Below, piece after piece: positions 29,603 to 40,102 of a stretch of DNA of 64,000 nt. The stretch is from contig OZ223300.1 of the NCBI GenBank assembly GCA_965140705.1, positions 800,001 through 864,000 on the forward strand, in the 5' to 3' direction. Below the pieces are notes generated by a model, which had not been told where the DNA came from, searched no databases, and saw only the letters and a list, made by a program, of their open reading frames with translations. Both the position numbers and the translations under genes were made by a program. Position 1 is the first letter of the stretch, and every line of letters starts with the position of its first letter. The DNA comes from an uncultured Arcobacter sp. GTDB taxonomy: Bacteria > Campylobacterota > Campylobacteria > Campylobacterales > Arcobacteraceae.

Positions 29603-30256
29603 ATGAACAACCAGCCTATACTACAAACTAAAAATATCTCTCATAAATTTGATTATGAATTATTTAATAATATAAATCTATCATTAGAAGAAAAAGAATC
29701 AATTGCTATTATTGGAAAAAGTGGAAGTGGAAAGTCAACTCTACTTAATATTATTTCTTCACTTTTAAAGCCAGATCAAGGTGAAGTACTTTTTAAAAAT
29801 CAAAACATTTATACTTTAAAAAATAAAAAGCTTTTAAACATAAGAAGAGAAGATTTTGGTATAATATTTCAAGCACATTATCTTTTTAGAGGTTTTACTG
29901 CAAATGAAAACTTACAAATTGCCCAATTTTTAAGTAAGAAGAAAGTAGATGAAAAACTTTTAGAGAGTTTAGATATAAAGCATGTCTTACATCAAGGTAT
30001 AGGTGAATTAAGTGGTGGTCAACAGCAAAGATTATCTATTGCTAGGGTTTTAACTAAAAAACCCAAAATAATTTTTGCTGATGAACCAACAGGAAATTTA
30101 GATAAAGATACTGCGCATGATGTAATGAATACTTTATTTGAATATATAAAGTCTAATAATGCTGGATTAGTTCTTGTAACACATGAAGAAGATATCGCTT
30201 TTAAATGTGACAAGGTTTATAAACTAGTTGATTTGGAACTACAGGAGATTAAGTGA
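29603..30256 (+). CDS. ABC transporter ATP-binding protein (LolD-like)
   Basis: GKSGSGKST, LSGGQQQR, ADEPTGNLD and VTH motifs. Confidence 0.9.
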   Translation: MNNQPILQTKNISHKFDYELFNNINLSLEEKESIAIIGKSGSGKSTLLNIISSLLKPDQGEVLFKNQNIYTLKNKKLLNIRREDFGIIFQAHYLFRGFTANENLQIAQFLSKKKVDEKLLESLDIKHVLHQGIGELSGGQQQRLSIARVLTKKPKIIFADEPTGNLDKDTAHDVMNTLFEYIKSNNAGLVLVTHEEDIAFKCDKVYKLVDLELQEIK

Positions 30257-31041
30257 CTTTATTGTTGATTACAAAAACAAATATGATTATTAAAATTTTT
30301 GATTTGATATGTACGAAACTTGATATTAGGCTTTTTGTTCAAGAGAGTACAAACGTTAGCAAGAAGTATGATTTTGTAATTGTTGATCAAGATTTAATAG
30401 ATGATAAGTTTAATATTATTAAGCAATTTACTTCAAAAATTGGTGCAATCTCAAATGAAGAATTACCCTTTGATAAATCAAGGGATTTTCTAATTTCAAG
30501 ACCTTTTTTACCCCATGATTTATTTTCAATTCTAAACGAACAAATCTCAATAATAAATGAAGAAGCAAAAGAAGAAAGAGAAAATAAACATAAATATTCA
30601 CATGATGAAGCAGATGATGTTTCTGAATATATAGAAACTTTAGCAGATGATATTGCTTATGATATTGAAGATGAAAGTGATGAGAGTATTATTTCAGTTG
30701 CAGCACTTAAATCAGGTGGAATTTTAGATGTTGGTGAACTTGGCAAAATTAATAGTATTTTAAATGATGATGATCTTCAAAAGAGATTTGAAAAAGAGTT
30801 TACAGATGAATCAGAAATGAGTGAAACTGACTGGAAAGACCTCTCACAAATTATTGATGATGCCTTAGGTGAAGTAAAAGAGTATGAGTTTGATTTAGAG
30901 CAGAAAGAACCATATGAATTGATTTTAAGTAAATATAATATAGATGAATTAAGACCATTATTGACTAAATGTAATCAATCAATAATAGATAGACTATCTC
31001 AAGGTGAGATTGTAGATTTAAAATTATCAATAAGTAAGTAA
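30253..31041 (+). CDS. Highly acidic hypothetical protein with possible degenerate receiver-like N-terminus
   Basis: GTG start overlaps the upstream stop; Asp/Glu-rich; YDFVIVD...FLISRPFLP pattern. Confidence 0.7.
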   Translation: MTLLLITKTNMIIKIFDLICTKLDIRLFVQESTNVSKKYDFVIVDQDLIDDKFNIIKQFTSKIGAISNEELPFDKSRDFLISRPFLPHDLFSILNEQISIINEEAKEERENKHKYSHDEADDVSEYIETLADDIAYDIEDESDESIISVAALKSGGILDVGELGKINSILNDDDLQKRFEKEFTDESEMSETDWKDLSQIIDDALGEVKEYEFDLEQKEPYELILSKYNIDELRPLLTKCNQSIIDRLSQGEIVDLKLSISK

Positions 31042-31051
31042 GGGTAGAAAA

Positions 31052-31669
31052 TTGGTAAATGAAAAAAAAGGTGCGATATTAATCATATCAGGACCTAGTG
31101 GTTGTGGAAAATCAACTTTATTGAAAGAAGTATATAAAGATATTGATGATTATTATTTCTCTATCTCTTCTACTACAAGAGTTCCAAGAGTTGGAGAAAA
31201 AGATGGTGTTGATTATTTCTTTATTAGTAAAGAAGAGTTTTTAAAAGATATAGAAGCTGGATATTTTTTAGAGTGGGCAGAAGTCCATGGGAATTATTAT
31301 GGAACATCTTTAAAGCCAGTAATGAAAGCTGTAAATGAAGGAAAGTTAGCAATTTTTGATATTGATGTTCAAGGTCATGATATAGCTAGAAAAAAATTAA
31401 ATGATCTTATTACTTCTGTTTTTATTACAACACCAAATTTGAGTGAATTAGAAAATAGATTAAATAATAGAGCAACTGATAGCAAAGAGATTATAGAAAA
31501 TAGAATTAAAAATGCAAAAGAAGAGATAAAACATTTTCAAAAGTATGATTATTTTATAGTTAATGATGATTTACAAAAGGCTAGTAAAGAGCTTGTTAGT
31601 ATTGCAAATGTAGCTAGAATCAAAAGTAAAATTTTTGATTCAAAATTACCAAAGAGTTGGATAGATTAA
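31052..31669 (+). CDS. gmk: Guanylate kinase
   Basis: SGPSGCGKST, TTRVPRVGEKDGVDYFF, YYGT and DIDVQG motifs. Confidence 0.97.
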   Translation: MVNEKKGAILIISGPSGCGKSTLLKEVYKDIDDYYFSISSTTRVPRVGEKDGVDYFFISKEEFLKDIEAGYFLEWAEVHGNYYGTSLKPVMKAVNEGKLAIFDIDVQGHDIARKKLNDLITSVFITTPNLSELENRLNNRATDSKEIIENRIKNAKEEIKHFQKYDYFIVNDDLQKASKELVSIANVARIKSKIFDSKLPKSWID

Positions 31670-33285
31670 ATCTTATCTTTACTCTCAGGTTTTCCAAAGT
31701 GATAACCTTGGCAGTAATCAATATTTAACTCTTTGATTTTTTCATAAATTTCTTCTGATGATACAAATTCTGCAACAGTTTTAAATCCAAATTTCTTAGA
31801 GAAATCAGCAATTGTTTCAACAATAATTTGTTGGTTTTTAGAAGTATCAATATTTTTTATTAGTGAACCATCAATTTTTACAAAGTCAATATTTAAATTT
31901 GTAAGCATGTTAAAGTTAGAGTATCCAGCACCAAAGTCATCCACTCCTACACTACAACCTAAAGATTTAACCTTATCAATAAATGTAGTAACTGTAGCAA
32001 AGTTATTTATCTCTTCAGATTCTAATATTTCAAACTCTAAAAGATTAACATACTCTTTATTTTCTTCTAGGGTATCATATATTTTTTTAGTTGTTTTTGT
32101 ATTTGTAATATCATCAAATGAGATATTAACTGCAACCCTTTTATTTTGCTCTTTTATTAAACTAATAGCTTCAAGAAGCATGATTTCTATAATATGTGAA
32201 TATAGTTTTGCCTTTTTTGCTATATCTAAAAATTTAATTGGTGCAATTACTTCACCTTGTTCATTTATGTATCTAATAAGTGCTTCATATTTATATATCT
32301 CTTGGGTTTGAGTATTTACAATTGGTTGATAAAATGCTACAAATAAGCCTTCTTTTAGACCTTTTTTTACTTCTTTTACCCATTTGATATTATCTTCAAA
32401 AGATTCTTGAATATTAAAAGAGTTATCATAAACTAAGATTTGTTCAAATCTTTTTCTTGCATAATTAATAACTCTTTCTGTATATTTGTAAGCTAATTTA
32501 TTGTCAGCACAAGCAATACCAATAGTAACATTTAAGTCAATTTCATTCTCGTCAATAAAAATAGCATTTTCTTCAATATGATTTGCAAATTTTTCACAAA
32601 GAACTTCAAACTCCTTGATATCCATTGCATAATCTTTTGCTACAACTGCAAATTTATCAGACTCTATTCTGTAAACTCTATAATCATCAGAAGAGAAGAA
32701 CTGTTTTATTATCATAGAGAATTGAATTAATAGTTTATTACCATTATCTTCTCCAAAAAGGTCATTGATAGTTGAAAATTTATCGATATTAATAAGAGCC
32801 ATTAAATCTTGGGCAGTTAAATCCAAATCTTTTTTTAGTTTATTTCTGTTTGGTAGTCTTGTAAGTTTATCAACATATAAATCTTTTAATTCATGGTAAA
32901 GTAACGATTGACTCATAACTTGTAAGAGTTTTTTCATATCAATTGGTTTTAATATATATTTATCAACTCCAATATCAATGGCTTCTAATAAATATTCAGT
33001 ATTTGAAAAAGCAGTTGCTACAATAATAGGAATATTTGGATTTATTTTTTTTATCTCTTTAATCATATCTAAACCATTCATTTGTGGCATATTTACATCT
33101 GTGATGATTAAATCGATCTCTTCTTCATGTTTTTTAAAAAGTTCTAAGCCCTCAAGTCCATTTTCTGCTACAAATTGTTTGTTTGTAAAACCTTTTAGTA
33201 TGTTTAGAGTTATGTCCCTTAAGGATTTTTCATCTTCTGCATATAAAATCGTAATATTTTTTAAAATTGAAATATTATTAATCAT
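31666..33285 (-). CDS. REC - degenerate GGDEF - EAL c-di-GMP phosphodiesterase
   Basis: YAED/ITDVNMP receiver; GGDEF position reads RIESDKF; intact YEAL, EILESE, DDFGAGYS and KIDGS. ATG at 33285 has a better RBS than the TTG at 33300. Confidence 0.9.
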   Translation of the reverse strand: MINNISILKNITILYAEDEKSLRDITLNILKGFTNKQFVAENGLEGLELFKKHEEEIDLIITDVNMPQMNGLDMIKEIKKINPNIPIIVATAFSNTEYLLEAIDIGVDKYILKPIDMKKLLQVMSQSLLYHELKDLYVDKLTRLPNRNKLKKDLDLTAQDLMALINIDKFSTINDLFGEDNGNKLLIQFSMIIKQFFSSDDYRVYRIESDKFAVVAKDYAMDIKEFEVLCEKFANHIEENAIFIDENEIDLNVTIGIACADNKLAYKYTERVINYARKRFEQILVYDNSFNIQESFEDNIKWVKEVKKGLKEGLFVAFYQPIVNTQTQEIYKYEALIRYINEQGEVIAPIKFLDIAKKAKLYSHIIEIMLLEAISLIKEQNKRVAVNISFDDITNTKTTKKIYDTLEENKEYVNLLEFEILESEEINNFATVTTFIDKVKSLGCSVGVDDFGAGYSNFNMLTNLNIDFVKIDGSLIKNIDTSKNQQIIVETIADFSKKFGFKTVAEFVSSEEIYEKIKELNIDYCQGYHFGKPESKDKI

Positions 33286-33382
33286 TAACCTAAACTCCAA
33301 AACTAATAAGATATAATATAGATTGTATTATAACTAAATAGTAACATAAATAAATTAAATAAAAAGAACTTTAGGAATATTA

Positions 33383-35821
33383 GTGTCAAAAGTAAAATGT
33401 AATCACTGTCATTTAGAATTCAGTGAAAGTATAATGATAAAAGAAGAAGAGTTAAATTTTTGTTGTAAAGGTTGTCAAGGGGTTTATCATCTCTTACATG
33501 ATCAAAATCTTGATTCATTTTATGATAAGTTAGGAAATAGAACTATTCAGCCTCCTTTAGAAGTAAGTAGTGATTTAAATAAATTTGATACACAAAGTTT
33601 TGAAAAAATCTATGTGACAGAAGATGAGAATGGTTATAAAAAAGTTGATTTAATTATTGAGGGAATTCATTGTGCAGCATGTATTTGGCTAAATGAAAAA
33701 GTTTTATATAATACAGATGGAATAATTGATGCAAATATTAATTTTACAAATAATAAAGCAAAAATTGTTTGGAATAGTGAAAAAATAGCTTTATCACAAA
33801 TAATAGAAAAGATTAGAAGTATAGGATATAACGCTTTTGCTTATAATTCTAAAGTAGCCGATGAAAAGGCATCTTTAGCAAAAAGAGATTATTTTATTAG
33901 AATGATGGTAGCTATTTTTGCGACAATGAATATTATGATGTTATCAGTTGGAAAATATACAGGTTTTTTTACTGGAATTACTCCTGAAGTTAAACATTTG
34001 ATGAATTTAGGTGAGTTTATATTAGCTACACCTGTTCTTTTTTATAGTGGATGGATTTTTTATAGAGGTGCTTATTATGGCTTAAAAAACCGAATTTTAA
34101 ATATGGATTTTTTAGTAAGTGTTGGAGCAACTTTTACATATATTTATTCTGTATTTATACTTTTGGGATTAAAGGGTGAGAGTTATTTTGATTCTGTTAG
34201 TATGATTATTACTTTTGTTTTAGTAGGAAAATATCTTGAAGTACTTGGTAAAAAATCTGCTGTTGATACCCTTGATACAATCAAAAGTCAAATACCTTTA
34301 GAAACTACACTTATAAAAGATGGTAAAAAAGTAGAAGTATCTGTAGAAGATGTACAAATTGGTGATATAGTAGAATTAAAAACTGGTGATAAAGCAAGTG
34401 TAGATGGAATAATTACTAAAGGTGAGAGCTCTTTTGATGAGTCATCAATTTCTGGTGAATCATTACCTATTTATAAAAAAGTCAATGATGTGATTTTTTC
34501 AGGAACATTAAATCAAGATTCACTTGTACAATATAGAGTTACAAAAACTTTTAAAGACTCGACTTTAAACTCTATTGTTACTTTATTAGAAGATTCACTT
34601 GCTTCAAAACCAAAAATAGAACACAAAGCAAATGAGATATCAAAAGGTTTTTCTTTATTGATTTTGACTTTGTCAATTCTTACTTTTTTTGTTTGGTATT
34701 ATTTTGGTATTGATTTAGGTTTTGATTATGATGGAGTTAATCATTTTGAAAAATCATTTATTGTAGCAATTTCAGTTATTGTAATAGCTTGTCCTTGTGC
34801 TCTAGCCCTTGCTACTCCAATTGCAAGTTTAATTGGAATATCAGAATTAGCAAAAAAAGGTTTACTTTTTAAAGAGGCAAAATTTATTGAAGAGTTAGCT
34901 CGAACTACAAAACTAGTAGTTGATAAAACAGGAACAATTACCAATGGTAAACTATCTATTGTAAAAGCACAAATTTTAGATGAAAATATTCATAAGTTAG
35001 ATTTATTATACTCTTTATTGGATAGTTCTACCCATCCAATTAGTATCTCAATAAAAGAGTATTTGAAAAATCACTATAAAGATTTGAATTTGAAGAATTT
35101 AATAAATGTTAAAACATTACAAGCAAAAGGAATGTTTGCAAAATATAAGAATTTGGAAGATAAAGAGTTTGAAATTCTTGGTGGAAACCAAAAACTTATG
35201 GAAGAGTTTGGTATAAAATATAAATTTGACTCACAAAACTCAGTATATATTTTTGCTATAAATAAAAAAGTAATCGCAACATTTGAATTAAAAGATGAAA
35301 TAAAAGATTTTGCAAAAGAGTTTGTAAGTAATTCTTTGAAAAATAATATTGATGTTATAATGTTAACAGGTGATAATGAAAATGTTGCAAATTATGTTGC
35401 AAAAGAAGTTGGAATTAAAACTGTTGTTGCAAATATAAATCCAATACAAAAAGCAAAATATATTAATAAGTTGAAAGAAGAAGGTCATACTGTTGTAATG
35501 GCCGGGGATGGAGTTAATGATTCAGTAGCTCTAAGTAGCGCAAATGTTTCAATTGCTATGGGAAATGGTGCTGATATTTCTATTGCTGTATCAGATATTG
35601 TTTTATTGAATAATTCATTGGAAAGTTTAAATCAAGCTTTTATTATCTCTAGAAAAACATATAAATTTATAAAACAAAATTTATCAATATCTTTGATATA
35701 TAATTTAGTTACAATTCCTCTAGCAATGGCAGGATTTGTAATACCACTAGTTGCTGCATTATCGATGAGTTTAAGTTCATTAATAGTTGTTGCAAATTCA
35801 CTTAGAATAAAAGGAAAATAG
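33383..35821 (+). CDS. ccoI: Heavy-metal (Cu) P-type ATPase, CcoI/FixI type
   Basis: CNHC...FCCKGC N-terminus, HCAAC HMA motif, SGES, CPCAL, DKTGT and GDGVND; followed by ccoS. Confidence 0.85.
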   Translation: MSKVKCNHCHLEFSESIMIKEEELNFCCKGCQGVYHLLHDQNLDSFYDKLGNRTIQPPLEVSSDLNKFDTQSFEKIYVTEDENGYKKVDLIIEGIHCAACIWLNEKVLYNTDGIIDANINFTNNKAKIVWNSEKIALSQIIEKIRSIGYNAFAYNSKVADEKASLAKRDYFIRMMVAIFATMNIMMLSVGKYTGFFTGITPEVKHLMNLGEFILATPVLFYSGWIFYRGAYYGLKNRILNMDFLVSVGATFTYIYSVFILLGLKGESYFDSVSMIITFVLVGKYLEVLGKKSAVDTLDTIKSQIPLETTLIKDGKKVEVSVEDVQIGDIVELKTGDKASVDGIITKGESSFDESSISGESLPIYKKVNDVIFSGTLNQDSLVQYRVTKTFKDSTLNSIVTLLEDSLASKPKIEHKANEISKGFSLLILTLSILTFFVWYYFGIDLGFDYDGVNHFEKSFIVAISVIVIACPCALALATPIASLIGISELAKKGLLFKEAKFIEELARTTKLVVDKTGTITNGKLSIVKAQILDENIHKLDLLYSLLDSSTHPISISIKEYLKNHYKDLNLKNLINVKTLQAKGMFAKYKNLEDKEFEILGGNQKLMEEFGIKYKFDSQNSVYIFAINKKVIATFELKDEIKDFAKEFVSNSLKNNIDVIMLTGDNENVANYVAKEVGIKTVVANINPIQKAKYINKLKEEGHTVVMAGDGVNDSVALSSANVSIAMGNGADISIAVSDIVLLNNSLESLNQAFIISRKTYKFIKQNLSISLIYNLVTIPLAMAGFVIPLVAALSMSLSSLIVVANSLRIKGK

Positions 35822-36049
35822 ATGATAGGAAGTACGCTTTTGATGATGTTAGTTGTTGGGTTAATTGTTTCATTCGCAATTTTAGGTATGTTTATTTGGG
35901 GTGCAAAAACTGGACAATTTGATGATAGTAATAAAATGATGGATGGGTTACTTTTTGATTCACAAGAAGACTTAAATGATGCAATTAGTAGGGAAAATAA
36001 AAAAGAAGAAGAAAAAGAAGAGCAAAAAAAAAGTAAGCCAAAAAATTGA
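35822..36049 (+). CDS. ccoS: cbb3-type oxidase assembly protein CcoS
   Basis: TM helix followed by FIWGAKTGQFDD. Confidence 0.9.
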   Translation: MIGSTLLMMLVVGLIVSFAILGMFIWGAKTGQFDDSNKMMDGLLFDSQEDLNDAISRENKKEEEKEEQKKSKPKN

Positions 36050-36076
36050 CTTACTTTGAGAAGTTATAAGAAATGA

Positions 36077-36358
36077 TTATAATTTAGAAATTTTTTCAGC
36101 GATTTCTTTAATATCAGCATCAGAAAGTCTAGCAACTTGACCTTTCATAACACCTTTCATAGCACCACCATAAGTTCCAGCTTTATAACCTTTAAGAGCT
36201 TCCTCAACTTTTGCAGCTGGCCAACCTTTAACAATTTGAGATTTTCCTAAAGCAGATTTCTCAAAATTTGCACCATGGCATCCAGCACATGCAGTTGTAT
36301 TTGCAGCAGCAAAAAGTGATGCTGCAGCAATCACTGTTCCTAAAACTATTTTTTTCAT
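36077..36358 (-). CDS. Cytochrome c553-like monoheme cytochrome
   Basis: Signal peptide, CAGCH heme motif, YGGAMKGVMKGQ with axial Met. Confidence 0.92.
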   Translation of the reverse strand: MKKIVLGTVIAAASLFAAANTTACAGCHGANFEKSALGKSQIVKGWPAAKVEEALKGYKAGTYGGAMKGVMKGQVARLSDADIKEIAEKISKL

Positions 36359-36497
36359 TTGTTCTCCTTGAAATTTGAAGCTTAATTTTACCTATAATTT
36401 CTTTTTCTTAGCTTAGAAAAATGGATAAATAACTTATTATAAAGTCTATTTATTATATAGTTAATAAACAATTAATATTTCTAATGTTGGACATAAA

Positions 36498-37097
36498 ATG
36501 AGTAATAATAATCTTGTTCTTGAGATAAATGAGTTAAGTTTTGGTTATAAAAAGGACAAATTAATTTATAATAATTTTTCTTTAAACTTAAAAAAATCAG
36601 AAGTTAAATCGATAGTTGGAGCTAGTGGAAGTGGTAAAAGTACCCTTTTTGAATTAATTACAAAATCATTAAAGCCTTTAAAAGGTCAGATTACTTCATC
36701 TAAAATAGCTTCAATTTATCAAGATCCTTATAGTTCATTTCATCCTACATATTCAATACTTGAACAAATAAATGATGTAGTGCCTAATATAGATAAAGAT
36801 GAATTAAATTCTTTGTTGGAAGAATTAAGTTTAGATTATGAATTAATATTAAACAAACCACATAGATTAAGTGGTGGGCAACTTCAAAGATGTTCAATTC
36901 TTCGTGCACTTTTGATGAAACCAGAACTTTTGTTAGTTGATGAAGCAACTTCTGCTTTAGATAATATAATTGCCCTTGATGTTATGAAATTAGTATTGAA
37001 ATTTTTGCCTAATTATGGAATACTTCTAATAACTCATGATATGCATTTAGCATCTTGGTGTAGTGATGAAATAATAAAATTGGATACTTATGAATGA
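36498..37097 (+). CDS. Orphan ABC ATP-binding protein
   Basis: GASGSGKST, YQDP, LSGGQLQR, DEATSALD and ITHD motifs; overlaps hemH. Confidence 0.9.
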   Translation: MSNNNLVLEINELSFGYKKDKLIYNNFSLNLKKSEVKSIVGASGSGKSTLFELITKSLKPLKGQITSSKIASIYQDPYSSFHPTYSILEQINDVVPNIDKDELNSLLEELSLDYELILNKPHRLSGGQLQRCSILRALLMKPELLLVDEATSALDNIIALDVMKLVLKFLPNYGILLITHDMHLASWCSDEIIKLDTYE

Positions 37098-38019
37098 AAA
37101 TAAAAAAGCCTTAGTTCTTTTAAATATGGGTGGACCAAGGGACAAAGATGAATTGGAGATGTTTTTACGAAATATGTTTAATGATAAAAATATCATTACT
37201 GTAAAAAGTGATATTTTAAGATCTTTAATAGCTTCAATGATTGTTTTAAGTAGAAAAAACTCTGCTTGGAAAAACTATGAAGCTATTGGTGGCTCTTCTC
37301 CTATTAATAAACTAACTGAAGATTTAGTTGCTAAATTAAATAGAACTTTTCAAGATTTCGAAGTATTTCAAGTGATGAGATACACTCCACCTTTTGCTGC
37401 TAAATGTGTACAACAATTAAAACAAAAAGGTATAGATGAAGTTATTCTTCTACCTTTATATCCACAATACTCAACGACAACTACAAAATCTTCTGTAGAA
37501 GATTTTATGACAATAGCAAAAAATGATTTTAATGTAAGAGTAATAGAGCCTTTTTATAAAAATGAAAAATTTAATGATAAAGTTACTAATGACATAATAA
37601 GTAGTGTTGAAGATACAAAGTTATACAATTTAATTTTTTCAGCACATGGCTTACCACAAAAAATAGTAGATGCTGGGGATCCATATGAAAAACAAGTAAA
37701 TGAGCATGTAAAAATTTTATCTGAAATATTTAAAAATAAAGAAATAGAATTTGAATCGATTTCTTTAGCATATCAATCTAAAGTTGGACCATTAAAATGG
37801 TTAACTCCATCTTTAGAAGATAGATTAAAAGAACTAAAAGGTAAAAATGTACTTATTTATCCAATTGCTTTTATAGTAGATAATTCTGAAACTATGTTTG
37901 AACTACATATTGAGTATGAAGAAATAGCAAAAGAGTTAGGAATAAATGAGTATAAAGTAGTTAGTTGTGTAAATGATAGTGATGAATTTATTAATGTAAT
38001 AGAAGAGTTGATACAATAA
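37090..38019 (+). CDS. hemH: Ferrochelatase
   Basis: LLNMGGP, GGSSP, MRYTPP, PLYPQYS, FSAHGLP, YQSKVGPLKWL and DNSET motifs. Confidence 0.97.
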   Translation: MNENKKALVLLNMGGPRDKDELEMFLRNMFNDKNIITVKSDILRSLIASMIVLSRKNSAWKNYEAIGGSSPINKLTEDLVAKLNRTFQDFEVFQVMRYTPPFAAKCVQQLKQKGIDEVILLPLYPQYSTTTTKSSVEDFMTIAKNDFNVRVIEPFYKNEKFNDKVTNDIISSVEDTKLYNLIFSAHGLPQKIVDAGDPYEKQVNEHVKILSEIFKNKEIEFESISLAYQSKVGPLKWLTPSLEDRLKELKGKNVLIYPIAFIVDNSETMFELHIEYEEIAKELGINEYKVVSCVNDSDEFINVIEELIQ

Positions 38020-38028
38020 GGGGTAATA

Positions 38029-38574
38029 ATGTCTAATTCCATAATCTTAGAAATAGCAAGGGATGCAATAGAAGAAGAACTTTTTGATAAGTCAAAAATT
38101 GATAGAGTTGATTTAGAAGCAAGTTATGATTTACTAAATGAACAAAGAGCCTGTTTTGTGACCCTTTATTCTGATGGAAGATTAAGGGGATGTATTGGTT
38201 CTTTATTTCCTACACGAAAACTAATAGATGATATAATAGTAAATGCACAAAATGCAGCTTTTAGAGACTTTAGATTTCAACCTTTATCAAAAAAAGAGTT
38301 TGATAATATAGAAATAGAAGTATCTCTTTTATCTATTCCTAAAATTGTAATTTATGATTCAATTGAAGAGTTAAAAGAAAAGATTAGACCAAATATTGAT
38401 GGTGTTATTTTAAAGCAAGAACAAAATCAAGCAACATTTTTACCCCAAGTTTGGGAAGATCTACCAACTTTTGATGATTTTTTTGAACAACTTAGTTTAA
38501 AAGCTGGATTAGATATTGATTCACTTACTCACTTCCCTGAAATTTTTACATATCAAGTAGAAAAGGTAAAATGA
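38029..38574 (+). CDS. amrA: AmmeMemoRadiSam system protein A (AMMECR1 domain)
   Basis: ACFVTL...LRGCIGS, AAFRDFRF, EVSLLS and ATFLPQVW motifs. Confidence 0.9.
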   Translation: MSNSIILEIARDAIEEELFDKSKIDRVDLEASYDLLNEQRACFVTLYSDGRLRGCIGSLFPTRKLIDDIIVNAQNAAFRDFRFQPLSKKEFDNIEIEVSLLSIPKIVIYDSIEELKEKIRPNIDGVILKQEQNQATFLPQVWEDLPTFDDFFEQLSLKAGLDIDSLTHFPEIFTYQVEKVK

Positions 38575-39368
38575 TAAAAAACAAAATGAATTTTTCTGGC
38601 ACATTTTATCCTGATGATAAAAAGGAGCTTTTAAAATATTTTGAAGTTTTTACTGCAAATGAAGAAAAAATCAAATTAGATATTAATTCAAGAGCAATTA
38701 TTGTGCCCCATGCAGGATATATTTATTCTGGTAGTGTTGCAAATGTAGCATATAATCTATCAAAAGATACAAAACCAAAAAGAGTAATAGTACTTGGTCC
38801 TTCCCATAGGTATTTTTTGCAAGGTGCCTCTATCGCTCAGTTTGACTCCTATGAAACACCTTTAGGTGATTTGGTTATTGATAAGGAGTTTGGCTCAAAG
38901 TTAATTGATAAATATGATTTTTTACATTTTGATGAAGACGCACATATGGAGCACTCAACTGAGACTCAAATACCTTTTATAAAAAACTATTTTGATGTAA
39001 AAGTTTTAGAAATAGTATATGGCAAAATAGATGCTAAAGAGTTGTCGCTATTGGTATTAGAACTTTTAAAAGATAAAGATAACTTTTTAATAATAAGTAC
39101 AGATTTAAGCCATTTTTATACTTTAGATGAAGCAAACATTTTAGATGGAATTTGTATAGATGCCATTAAAAATCAAGATATAGAAAAATTGACAAAGGAT
39201 TGTGAAACTTGTGGAAAAGAGGGCGTTAAAGCACTTTTACTAACAGCTAAAGTATTTGATTACAAAGTGAAATTTTTAGACTATAAAACAAGTTATGAAA
39301 TAACAAAGGACAAATCAAAAGTAGTAGGTTATGCTTCTTTTTTAGTAGGAGAGAGTATTGCTATTTAG
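38571..39368 (+). CDS. amrB: AmmeMemoRadiSam system protein B (MEMO1 family)
   Basis: GTFYP, PHAGYIYSG, GPSH, EHSTETQIPF, STDLSHF and VVGYAS motifs. Confidence 0.9.
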   Translation: MIKNKMNFSGTFYPDDKKELLKYFEVFTANEEKIKLDINSRAIIVPHAGYIYSGSVANVAYNLSKDTKPKRVIVLGPSHRYFLQGASIAQFDSYETPLGDLVIDKEFGSKLIDKYDFLHFDEDAHMEHSTETQIPFIKNYFDVKVLEIVYGKIDAKELSLLVLELLKDKDNFLIISTDLSHFYTLDEANILDGICIDAIKNQDIEKLTKDCETCGKEGVKALLLTAKVFDYKVKFLDYKTSYEITKDKSKVVGYASFLVGESIAI

Positions 39369-40065
39369 TTTGAAGAAATTTGTTTCATTTTTTTTAGAGC
39401 CTTTTACTTTTGGATTTTTAGTTTTATTATTAGCTTTTATATTTTTACTTTTCAATAATTATAAAAAAGCAAAGGTGAGTCTCTTTTTAGGTTTAGCTTT
39501 TATATTTTTAATTTCCAATTCTGTGTTTTCTAATTTTTTAATATCACCTTTAGAAAATCAATATAAAGATCAAAAAAATATTGATATCTCAAAAGTAGGA
39601 TATATTTTATTATTAGGTGGAGATTTTGAATCAAGGGCTTATGAAGTATTAAAATTAAGTCTAAAATTAAAAGATGCCAAAATAATAACATCTGGTTATG
39701 CTGGTAAAAAATTGATATCTGATGCTTTATATGCAAAAAATGAGTTAATAAGTTTAGGGATAAATGAAAATAGAATTATTATGCAAGATAAACCTAAAGA
39801 CACTATTGAAGAGGCTATTTCAATAAAAAAACTTATAAATAATAAACCTTTTATTTTAGTAACTAGTGCTTATCATATGCCAAGAGCAATGAAGATATTT
39901 AAAATGCAAGGTTTAAACCCAATAGCAATGCCTACTAATTTTATGGCAAAAAAACAGAAATCAAATAGTTACTTGAGTATAAAGGACTTAAAAAAAGTTA
40001 GTATTGCTATTCATGAATACATTGGGCTTGCTTGGCTAAAGATAAAAGATATTTTAAGCAATTAA
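39358..40065 (+). CDS. YdcF/ElyC/SanA (DUF218) family membrane protein
   Basis: Two N-terminal TM helices, LLGG, TSG, LVTSAYHMPRA and HEYIG motifs. Confidence 0.88.
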   Translation: MLFSLKKFVSFFLEPFTFGFLVLLLAFIFLLFNNYKKAKVSLFLGLAFIFLISNSVFSNFLISPLENQYKDQKNIDISKVGYILLLGGDFESRAYEVLKLSLKLKDAKIITSGYAGKKLISDALYAKNELISLGINENRIIMQDKPKDTIEEAISIKKLINNKPFILVTSAYHMPRAMKIFKMQGLNPIAMPTNFMAKKQKSNSYLSIKDLKKVSIAIHEYIGLAWLKIKDILSN

Positions 40066-40102
40066 TTTTGGTATAATAAATATAAATTAATAAAGAGACG
40101 GA

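Noticed and set aside
33383..36049. ccoI-ccoS without ccoNOQP
   Set aside because: Separation of assembly genes from structural genes is ordinary in this lineage.
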